Origin: Candidatus Micrarchaeota archaeon
GTDB taxonomy: Archaea; Micrarchaeota; Micrarchaeia; Anstonellales; Anstonellaceae
NCBI GenBank assembly: GCA_043810635.1
Contig: JBDRNY010000004.1
Coordinates: 1-15,362 of the forward strand
DNA length: 15,362 bases
Direction of reading: 5' to 3'
In this document: piece by piece, positions 6,772 through 14,370 of the stretch
Layout: each line of letters starts with the position of its first letter
How positions within the stretch are numbered: position 1 is the stretch's first letter
Translations under genes and position numbers: made by a program
The notes under the pieces: generated by a model
The model's database searches: none
Seen by the model: only the letters and a program-made list of their open reading frames with translations
Told to the model about the DNA's origin: nothing

Positions 6772-8513
6772 TTGTCAAATTGTGTTTTCTCCCCTTTATA
6801 TGGCACAAATTTCTCGCTTCCAACATGAATATGCTCCCAGTCTTTTACATCCACCACTTTAACCTTCATTGGCAAAACATATTTTGTGCCGTCAAAAAGG
6901 CGTATAATGCATTCCCTTGTGTGCAATTTGACAAACATCTCCCTTTTTGCCTCTTCCAATTCAGAGGGGGAAACATGCTTTTTGAAAAATTCCTCAACTT
7001 TAATTTCCATCATTGAGGAAAGCAGCCTTGCATCCTCTTTTGTAACTTTAAATGATATAATATTTCTTGCATTTGATATCAATGCATCCAGCACAGGCTT
7101 TGACAATTGCCCCAAATACTGGGCAGATGCATACATATAAAGATGGAATTTCCTTGTTTCAGCCAATATATCTTTCACCACTTTCATTTCAACAGTTGGA
7201 AATTCATCCACTATTATAATGGTGTTTTTATCCAATTTCTCGCTTATGGCCATCAAATACATTTGATTGATTATCGCCCCTGCAAAGAAGCGTATAATCC
7301 TCCTCCCAAAGAAGTGGGGGTTGAATGAAACAACAGTCAATCTGTTGCTTTTAAGCACTTTATCCATTTTCTCAAGGTTTTTTGCCTTTCCCAAATAAAG
7401 CATATACTCCCCGATGAAATTGGTTACAGGCAAAATTGCATCATTGAAATGATGCATATAAATATCCTGAAATTCTTTGTCAAAAAACCTTTTTACCTCG
7501 TCATTTTGGCAGCTGGCAGTAAATTCCATCCTTTTTGAAGAATCTGTAAGCAACATGCTTATATTTTCAAGTGTCAGCTCCTCAATTTCTGCCAATAAAT
7601 GCACTGAGTAAAATACCACCCTTTCTGCATATTTGCTTTCCTGCGCAATTGTAGAGGTAATCAGCTGCGCCACAAGCTGGGTAATTAACGGGCTTTTCTC
7701 CTTTCCCACATCAAATGGTTCCACATAATTTTCTCTAAAGTCGATTATTTTGGTTCCTTTGAACATTTTTGTAAATTCCCCGTGCGGGTCAATAAGCAAA
7801 ATGCGCACATCTTTCCTTTTTTTCAATATTGCTTTTACCAAAATTTCAATTAACTTGGATTTTCCCCCTCCCGAAGTGCCTACAATTAAAGAGTGCTGCA
7901 TCACATCATAGCTGTCCACACCTATTCTTGTCTCATCCTGCACAAAAATCGGCTCTGGAGAGTTGTAATATATCATTTTTGGAACAGGCTCAAGCAATTC
8001 TATGTAAAACAACGGGTTTTTTTCCAGGTCTATTTCCAAAAATTTGGTCGGGTTTGTGAGAAAAAGCATTCCCCTCTGCTTTTTGGAATTTATAAAACTG
8101 CCCATTCCATAATAAATTCCAAAAATTTTCATTATCCTGAATCTTATTTCCTCAACTTCCTCCTTTATCAGAAAGTCGAACATGTTGGTGCCGCCCACAA
8201 ATTTCATTGTCGGGTAAAATTTGCTTCCCTTGATAAGCTCCAAAGCTTTTGGCTTTTCCACCCTAAAAGGAAATGAAAGAGCTGCCTGGGAATAGATGTT
8301 ATCTTTATCTTCTATAAACATCTTTATTGTTTTGTCATATTTTTTTATAACCAACCCAATGCCCCTTATGGACATAATTTTAGAGGTGTCAATGGATTCA
8401 AACAGAGGAATATGCTTCCTGATAAGCCTGTCAAAAAATTTCCTATATTCTTCTGGCCCTATCTTCGGAGTATAAATTGACAATTCAGCATACATCTTCT
8501 TGCGTCTCGGCAT
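6756..8513 (-). CDS. HerA/VirB4/FtsK-superfamily (DUF87-like) P-loop ATPase (585 aa)
   Basis: QHSLIVGTSGGGKS (Walker A), LIDPHGEF, IIVDEF (Walker B), LAETRKF (Arg finger), SAQYLGQL. About 200-aa unknown N-terminal region. TTTATAAA 22-29 nt upstream. Confidence 0.9.
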   Translation of the reverse strand: MPRRKKMYAELSIYTPKIGPEEYRKFFDRLIRKHIPLFESIDTSKIMSIRGIGLVIKKYDKTIKMFIEDKDNIYSQAALSFPFRVEKPKALELIKGSKFYPTMKFVGGTNMFDFLIKEEVEEIRFRIMKIFGIYYGMGSFINSKKQRGMLFLTNPTKFLEIDLEKNPLFYIELLEPVPKMIYYNSPEPIFVQDETRIGVDSYDVMQHSLIVGTSGGGKSKLIEILVKAILKKRKDVRILLIDPHGEFTKMFKGTKIIDFRENYVEPFDVGKEKSPLITQLVAQLITSTIAQESKYAERVVFYSVHLLAEIEELTLENISMLLTDSSKRMEFTASCQNDEVKRFFDKEFQDIYMHHFNDAILPVTNFIGEYMLYLGKAKNLEKMDKVLKSNRLTVVSFNPHFFGRRIIRFFAGAIINQMYLMAISEKLDKNTIIIVDEFPTVEMKVVKDILAETRKFHLYMYASAQYLGQLSKPVLDALISNARNIISFKVTKEDARLLSSMMEIKVEEFFKKHVSPSELEEAKREMFVKLHTRECIIRLFDGTKYVLPMKVKVVDVKDWEHIHVGSEKFVPYKGEKTQFDNQKPM

Positions 8514-8534
8514 GTAAATATAGACATTATACTC

Positions 8535-8618
8535 TTTATAAATCTTACCACAATCAGCCCACTTTTAACACACTATCTACTAACCTCTAACACTTATCCA
8601 TCGAGGATAATATATAAA
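8535..8618. promoter_or_regulatory. Divergent promoters for the HerA-like ATPase and the purP operon
   Basis: TTTATAAA at 8535-8542 (22-29 nt from start 8513). TATATAAA at 8611-8618 (24-31 nt from ATG 8642). Inverted repeat TTATCC-ATCGA-GGATAA (8594-8610) abuts the second TATA. Confidence 0.6.
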
Positions 8619-8641
8619 TATCCTGCTATGCATATACCTAT

Positions 8642-9778
8642 ATGGGACAAATAACAGAAAAAGCAAAGAAATTGGCATCGTCATATAAAAATCCTTTAAT
8701 TGCAGTATTGGGCTCCCACTCTGCATTAGATATATGCCAGGGGGCAAAAGTGCACCAATTGCCTAATTTGGTAATATGCCAAAAAGGAAGGGATGTTGTT
8801 TATTCAAAATATTACAAAACCCGCTCAACTTCAATAGGCAGTGCAGGATGCGTGGATTCAACATTAATGCTTGACAAATTTTCAGATATTGCAAATTCAA
8901 GTATAGTATTAAAATTGCAGAAAAAAGAGGCAATTTTCATACCCCACCGCTCGTTTTCAGTATATGTTGGGTATGATAAAATAGAAAATGAGTTTGAAGT
9001 GCCAATATTCGGAAACAGAAATTTATTGCGTGCTGAAGAGAGAAATGTCAAAAAAAACCAAAGATATTTGCTTGAAAAAGCGGGAATAAATATACCCAAA
9101 ATATTCTCTTCCCCTTCTGAAATTGATACATTATGCATAATCAAGGCAAGCGAGGCAAAAAGAAAATGGGAAAGGGCATTCTTTTTTGCATCCACACCAG
9201 AGCAATATGAGCAAAAAAGCAAAGAAATGCTTGAAAAAGGAATTATTACAAAAGAGGGATTGGAAGAGGCATTAATTGAAGAATTTGTATTAGGCGCACC
9301 ATTCAATTTTAACTTTTTCTATTCTCCGCTTACAGGAGAATTGGAATTGCTTGGAATTGACACAAGAAGGCAGACTAATTTGGATGGATGGCTCCACCTT
9401 CCTGCACAGCAGCAATTGGAATTAGCAAAAATTGCAAAAGTGAATAATATTGAAGTAGGGCATATTGCATGCACCCTCCGGGAATCATTGCTTCAAAAAG
9501 TGTTTGAGGCAGGCGAAAAATTTGTTAAAATATGCAAAGAAGAATATTCTCCGGGTTTGATAGGCCCGTTTGCATTGCAAGGTGCAGTCTCCCCCGCAGA
9601 AAAAGGGGAGGATATATATGTATTTGACGTGTCATTCAGGGTGCCCGGCTCCCCTGGCACAAGGTTTACCCCCTACACAGAATATTTGTTTGGAAAGAGC
9701 GCATCAGTGGGAAACAGAATATCTTATGAAGTAAAGCAGGCATTGAAATTAAATAAAATGGACAAAATTGTCACTTAG
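8642..9778 (+). CDS. purP: PurP-family ATP-grasp protein (formate-dependent FAICAR synthetase-like, DUF1246/DUF1297), paralogue 1 (378 aa)
   Basis: IAVLGSHSALDICQGAK, FIPHRSFSVYVG, FGNRNLLRAEER, NFNFFYSPL, DTRRQTNLDG, GHIACTLRESLL, GPFALQG, FDVSFRVPGSP. Confidence 0.9.
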   Translation: MGQITEKAKKLASSYKNPLIAVLGSHSALDICQGAKVHQLPNLVICQKGRDVVYSKYYKTRSTSIGSAGCVDSTLMLDKFSDIANSSIVLKLQKKEAIFIPHRSFSVYVGYDKIENEFEVPIFGNRNLLRAEERNVKKNQRYLLEKAGINIPKIFSSPSEIDTLCIIKASEAKRKWERAFFFASTPEQYEQKSKEMLEKGIITKEGLEEALIEEFVLGAPFNFNFFYSPLTGELELLGIDTRRQTNLDGWLHLPAQQQLELAKIAKVNNIEVGHIACTLRESLLQKVFEAGEKFVKICKEEYSPGLIGPFALQGAVSPAEKGEDIYVFDVSFRVPGSPGTRFTPYTEYLFGKSASVGNRISYEVKQALKLNKMDKIVT

Positions 9779-9787
9779 GTAATGTTT

Positions 9788-10840
9788 ATGATAGAAAAAA
9801 AGAAAGTTTTGCAAGTGCTTAATTCTTATGACAAAAGCAAGTTATCCCTTGCAACATTGTGCTCCCATTCCTCGCTCCAATTATTTTACGGCGCAAGGCA
9901 GGAGGGAATGCATACTATAGGTTTAGTTACCGACAAAAAGCAGAAAAAAATATATACTGCATTTCCAAATGCAAAGCCTGATGAATTTATTGATGTGGAA
10001 GACCCTTCAAAATTTCCCGAGGAAGAATTGATTGAAAAAAACTCGCTAATAATACCCCACGGCTCTATTGTTGAATACACCGGCAATTTGCTGAATGAAT
10101 TAAAAGTGCCGGTGCTTGGAAACAGGATGTCATTGATATGGGAAAGGGATAGGAGAAAAATGTTTGAATGGATGAAAAAATCCGGATTGCAAACCCCTGC
10201 AATATTAGACCCTGAAAAAATAGACCGCCCCTGTGTTGTAAAGCATTTGGGCGCAAAAGGCGGGAGGGGGTATGCAATAGTGCATTCAAGCGAGGAATTT
10301 CATTCAAAATTTAAAAATGCAAAAAATGTCATGGTGCAGGAATATTTGGTGGGAGTGAGGGCATACCCCCATTATTTCTATTCCCCCCTTTCAAGAAGCG
10401 GGTACAAGGCAAGCGGCGGGCATATTGAATTAATGTCAATAGACAGAAGGTTTGAATCTAATATTGACGAAAGCTACAGAACAATGATGGCAGGGGTGCC
10501 GATACGCGCCTCTTTTACAGTTGTAGGAAACGAACCCCTTGTATTGCGCGAATCTTTGCTCGGGGATGTGCTTGAGATGGGCAAAAATGTTGTAGAAGCG
10601 GCAGACAAATTATTCGGCGGAATACCCGGGCCTTTTTGCATTGAATTAATATGCGATGAAAATTTGGATTTTTTTGTATTTGAAGTTTCTGCAAGAATAG
10701 TTGCAGGCACCAATATCTACCCTTCCGGCTCGCCTTATTCTGTTTATTCATTTAAAGAAGAAATGAGCACAGCAAGAAGAATTGCAAGAGAAGTAAAAGA
10801 TGCTGTCAAAAAGAAGATGCTGGATAAAATAGTTTATTAG
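9788..10840 (+). CDS. purP: PurP formate--phosphoribosylaminoimidazolecarboxamide ligase family, paralogue 2 (~350 aa)
   Basis: ATLCSHSSLQ, IPHGS, GAKGGRGY, IDRRFESNID, GNEPLVLRESLL, GPFCIE, FEVSARIVAGTN. ATG 9788 is better spaced from the upstream AGGT than the alternative 9782. Confidence 0.92.
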   Translation: MIEKKKVLQVLNSYDKSKLSLATLCSHSSLQLFYGARQEGMHTIGLVTDKKQKKIYTAFPNAKPDEFIDVEDPSKFPEEELIEKNSLIIPHGSIVEYTGNLLNELKVPVLGNRMSLIWERDRRKMFEWMKKSGLQTPAILDPEKIDRPCVVKHLGAKGGRGYAIVHSSEEFHSKFKNAKNVMVQEYLVGVRAYPHYFYSPLSRSGYKASGGHIELMSIDRRFESNIDESYRTMMAGVPIRASFTVVGNEPLVLRESLLGDVLEMGKNVVEAADKLFGGIPGPFCIELICDENLDFFVFEVSARIVAGTNIYPSGSPYSVYSFKEEMSTARRIAREVKDAVKKKMLDKIVY

Positions 10841-10843
10841 AGG

Positions 10844-11386
10844 CTAAAAATCATACTCAAGCCCCTTCATTTCCTTCATTCCAATAATTTTTTGATAAAT
10901 TGTATTTTCCGGGCTTCTTAGCTTTGCTTTTGCAAGCTCTTTCTCCTTTTGTTCAAGCTCCCAGAATTTGGATTCATTAACCGAATTTTCCAAATCATTT
11001 AGTATCTTTATGCATTTAATGTTATCCAGTATTATGTTGATTGTTTCCTTGTTTTGCTCATTTTTATCCTGCATGGCCAAATAACCTTGAACATACCCAA
11101 GCTGTTTTGATGAGGGCCATCTTCTTTTCTCCTCAAAATTTCTTAGCACGGAGTAGGCAATTCCCCTCATCCTCGAGCCTTTTTGGGTTATTTTGTGTAT
11201 ATACCCGGAATTCCACCCCAGGAATTGCAATGCTGTGTTGTAGAAAAAATCCCTGTAAATTCGCACTTTCTCATCCTGCAAATCCACTTTTGGCTCAAGC
11301 ATCTTTTTCGGCATATCGAAAAGTCTGCGTTGGTTTTTCGGAACTTTTGAACTTCCTCTTGTTATTCTTTTTACTGCAGGTGCCAT
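10844..11386 (-). CDS. Hypothetical protein (180 aa, basic N-terminus)
   Basis: ORF fills the gap between purP and kbl without overlap. TTTATAAA at 11408-11415 lies 22-29 nt upstream of the ATG. No motif recognised. Confidence 0.75.
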   Translation of the reverse strand: MAPAVKRITRGSSKVPKNQRRLFDMPKKMLEPKVDLQDEKVRIYRDFFYNTALQFLGWNSGYIHKITQKGSRMRGIAYSVLRNFEEKRRWPSSKQLGYVQGYLAMQDKNEQNKETINIILDNIKCIKILNDLENSVNESKFWELEQKEKELAKAKLRSPENTIYQKIIGMKEMKGLEYDF

Positions 11387-11422
11387 GTTGTAATTTATGT
11401 TTATTTGTTTATAAACATTGCT

Positions 11423-12613
11423 CTACTTAATCAACCCAATCTTCTGCCCAACTCTTTCAACAGCTCCTAATGCAAAATCCAAATCCTCTTTTGAAAAGTC
11501 TGCCCTTATTTGGGTGCGCACCCTTGCCTTTCCCTGCGCAACCATTGGAAATACTATTGGAAGTGCAAACACCCCCTCTTCAAACAGCCCTTTTGACAAT
11601 TCTTTTGCCTTGCTGCTTTCCCCTGTCATTATAGGCACAATCGGAGTTTGTGAATTTCCAGTATCCAGCCCCATTTTACTTAATTTTTCCTTGAAATATT
11701 TGGTATTTTCCCACAATTTCTTCACTAATGTATCATCTTCATCCAATAATTCCATTGCAGCAGTGCATGCTGCAACAGTTGCAGGGGGCGCGCTGCCGGA
11801 AAGCAAATAAGTGCGTGCTTTGTTGTGCAAATATTCTTTTAATGTGTGCGAGCATGCAACCAATCCCCCCACCACGCCAAATGCTTTTGAAAATGTGCCC
11901 ATTTCAGCTTCAATTTTTCCATGCACTTTAAAATGGTCAACAATTCCTCTCCCGTGGCTTCCCAGCACTCCTTCTCCGTGCGCATCATCAACCCATACAA
12001 ATGCCTCATTTTCTTCAGCCAATTTCTGTATTTTATCAAGAGGGCATATATCCCCGTCCATTGAAAACACTCCGTCACTAATTACCCATATTTTCTTAAA
12101 TTTCCCGCTTTTTTTCGCTTCTTCTAATTTTGCAGCCAAATCATCCATATCACAATGCTTGTAAATGCCCCTTTCCGCTTTTGTCAGCCTCACCCCGTCT
12201 ATAATTGAACCATGGTTTAATTCGTCTGACAATACCATATCCTCTTTTCCAAGCAATACTGGTATTGCTCCAGCATTTGCGGCAAACCCTGTCTGAAAAT
12301 AAATAGCATCCTCGCTTTTTTTGAATTTTGCAATAGTTTCCTCTAATTTAATATGCAAATCCATGGTGCCTGCAATAGCCCGCACAGAACCGCTCCCTGC
12401 CCCGTATTTTTTGGTTGCTTCAATAGCAGCCTCAATTAGTTTGGGATGGTTTGACAATCCAAGGTAATTATTTGTGCCAAACATAAGCACTTTTTTCCCA
12501 TTAACAATTCCCCTTGCCCCTGAATTGCTTTCCAATTTATACACTTTCCAGTCAATATCTTTTGCTTTCAAATCATCAATAATAGGTTGCAATATATTAT
12601 CCAAATTTGCCAT
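11423..12613 (-). CDS. kbl: Glycine C-acetyltransferase (2-amino-3-ketobutyrate CoA ligase) / BioF-like class II PLP enzyme (396 aa)
   Basis: GTNNYLGL, GSGSVRAIAGT, SDELNHGSIIDG, DGVFSMDGD, VDDAHG, GTFSKAFG (PLP Lys), FPMVAQGKARVRTQ. ATG 12613 is preceded by GGTGA. Confidence 0.88.
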   Translation of the reverse strand: MANLDNILQPIIDDLKAKDIDWKVYKLESNSGARGIVNGKKVLMFGTNNYLGLSNHPKLIEAAIEATKKYGAGSGSVRAIAGTMDLHIKLEETIAKFKKSEDAIYFQTGFAANAGAIPVLLGKEDMVLSDELNHGSIIDGVRLTKAERGIYKHCDMDDLAAKLEEAKKSGKFKKIWVISDGVFSMDGDICPLDKIQKLAEENEAFVWVDDAHGEGVLGSHGRGIVDHFKVHGKIEAEMGTFSKAFGVVGGLVACSHTLKEYLHNKARTYLLSGSAPPATVAACTAAMELLDEDDTLVKKLWENTKYFKEKLSKMGLDTGNSQTPIVPIMTGESSKAKELSKGLFEEGVFALPIVFPMVAQGKARVRTQIRADFSKEDLDFALGAVERVGQKIGLIK

Positions 12614-12697
12614 AGTTTTCACCAATTTTATAAAACGGCGAGAGTTTTTAAGAATAAGTTGGCAAATGTAATTTATTTCGTCTAAAGGCGAACATTA

Positions 12698-12723
12698 TCC
12701 AGTGGAAACCTACCCTCTAGGTG
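12698..12723 (+). promoter_or_regulatory. ORB-like (Orc1/Cdc6 origin-recognition-box-like) motif
   Basis: TCCAGTGGAAAC followed by CTACCCTCTAGGTG resembles the archaeal ORB core as recalled (TCCAGTGGAAA plus a downstream G-rich tail). Single copy, weak G-string. Confidence 0.35.
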
Positions 12724-12755
12724 CATTTATGAACCGCGCATCGTTAGCTCAATAT

Positions 12756-13552
12756 ATGAAGCATGCATTACAATTCTCCTCGGCAGAAGAAATTCCCGCC
12801 CTTCTTGCAAGAAGCAACGGAGAAGTTGGGCAAATAGGGCTGAAGGGAGAGAAACATTTCTCATTTTCAGAAGACAAATTTTGCATCGGCTATAAAAATA
12901 ACAATGAAAAATTCCTTCCATGCCCCCATGGAATGGAATATATGAAACAATGCCCTTCCTGCCAGAAAAAAGACATAGCAAGGGTTTATACTGTCGGCGA
13001 TTTTTCCCAATACCCTGAAATGCATGAAAAATTGCAGGAGGAGAAATACATCATCTATTTAGCCCAATTTGGCTCAGATATTACAAAAATAGGCCTCACC
13101 CGCCGCCCGAGGATGGAAAAAAGGTGGAAAGAGCAGGGGGCGGATTTTGCAATAGCATTATTGGAATTTGACGGGCCTGATGATGCCTACCCTGCAGAGC
13201 AATTATTGCAAAATTCATTTGATGTTGTGGGCGCGGTGCGCGCAACCCAGAAAATAAAAAGAATTTCATTTGACAGGGAAAAAGCAAGGGGAAAATTGAA
13301 GAAGCGGTGGAAAAAATAAGAAACCACCCTTCAATAGAGCAATTTTGGATTGGGGAGAAATTGATTGATTTGTCAAAATATTACCCAAAACTGTCCAATC
13401 CTGAAATTACACAATTTGTAGGGGGAAAAATTCTTGGCGCAAAAGGCCAATTCCTTTTCTACCAAGGCCCTTCGGGACTGCATTATGGGGTAAATATGAA
13501 CCAAAAAATAGGGAATTTTATTATGGAAAGGAAAAATGGGGGGCTGTTTTAA
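12756..13552 (+). CDS. DUF2797-like protein (Zn-finger plus GIY-YIG-like motif), split by a -1 frameshift near 13289-13295
   Basis: FCIGY...CP...QCPSC, then YLAQFG..TKIGLT...RWKEQGAD. The C-terminal GKILGAKGQFL is in the -1 frame (ORF 13307..13552). The joined reading is ...ARGKIEEAVEKIRNHP.... Start is 12756 (TTTATGAA 23-30 nt upstream) or 12729. Confidence 0.8.
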
Positions 13553-13725
13553 TGAAAAAAGAAAAAAATGTTAAAAAATATGGCTTAAACGATATTGTTG
13601 CGGATATCAAAAAAATTGAAAAAGGCAAAAAAGTAAAAACCGAAAAAATAGACCATGATTTGATTGCTTATGGGGTTTCCCACCCGGAACGGCTTGATAA
13701 GTGCATTCCCAAAAAAACAAAGTGA
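13552..13725 (+). CDS. Small basic hypothetical protein (57 aa), not in the supplied ORF track; antitoxin-tail-like
   Basis: TAATG overlap with the upstream stop. Reads MKKEKNVKKYGLNDIVADIKKIEKGKKVKTEKIDHDLIAYGVSHPERLDKCIPKKTK*. Fills the gap up to the convergent gene. Confidence 0.6.
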   Translation: MKKEKNVKKYGLNDIVADIKKIEKGKKVKTEKIDHDLIAYGVSHPERLDKCIPKKTK

Positions 13726-13740
13726 TTCTTTCCTGGAGCA

Positions 13741-14319
13741 CTAATCATTTTTTTCCTCTTCCGCAAGCTTTGTTTGGCTGATTTCCCCCTTGTATTTGCT
13801 TTCCTCCCCGATTCCGCACCTAATATTTTCAATTCTTGCTTTTGCAAAAAAATAGCTTGACAATCTGTTCAAATAAATAAGCACTTCCCCCAATTCCTTA
13901 TCTTCCAATTCCTGCACCCTTCTTTCAGCTTTTCTTGCAATTGCGCGCGCATATTGCAAATACACGCTAGCAACACATCCCCCTGGAAGAATAAATTTAT
14001 CCAATTTTGGCAATTTCCCATCAATTTCATCAATCCATTTTTCCAGCTCGTTTGTTTTTTCCTCAAATTCCATTGCTTTTTCATTTTTCCAAAATTTGCT
14101 TATAATCGCCCCTGCTTCAACCAAATTTTTCTGTATCTTCTCAAGCTGCTCATCTTTTTTTTCCATATGCACTTTTGCCAATCCAATTACTGATGACATT
14201 TCATCAATTGCGCCCACCGCTTCAAGCAATTTATGGCTTTTAGGCTGCCTCACCCCGTTTCCGAGGCAGGTATGCCCATCATCCCCTTTTTTTGTATAAG
14301 ATTTCTTTTCCGCATCCAT
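13741..14319 (-). CDS. pduO: PduO-type ATP:cob(I)alamin adenosyltransferase family protein (192 aa)
   Basis: YTKKGDDGHT, GAIDE, FILPGG, ARAIARKAERR, YLNRLSSYFF. Real start is ATG 14319; the longer ORF-track start overlaps the divergent gene. Confidence 0.85.
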   Translation of the reverse strand: MDAEKKSYTKKGDDGHTCLGNGVRQPKSHKLLEAVGAIDEMSSVIGLAKVHMEKKDEQLEKIQKNLVEAGAIISKFWKNEKAMEFEEKTNELEKWIDEIDGKLPKLDKFILPGGCVASVYLQYARAIARKAERRVQELEDKELGEVLIYLNRLSSYFFAKARIENIRCGIGEESKYKGEISQTKLAEEEKND

Positions 14320-14340
14320 AATATTTTTTCCCTCCAGAAG

Positions 14341-14348
14341 CTTATAAG
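14341..14348. promoter_or_regulatory. Palindromic TATA box centred between two divergent genes
   Basis: CTTATAAG is 22-29 nt from start 14319 (-) and 23-30 nt from start 14371 (+), within a 51-bp gap. Confidence 0.65.
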
Positions 14349-14370
14349 TTTGTGTGCATTTTGTATATTC

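Noticed and set aside
8594..8600. DnaA-box-like TTATCCA (also at 12695-12701)
   Set aside because: Incomplete, isolated matches in an archaeal context.
12664..12728. tRNA-like cloverleaf
   Set aside because: No TTC T-loop or D-loop consensus, and the stems are too short. Kept only as a possibly structured region with an ORB-like motif.
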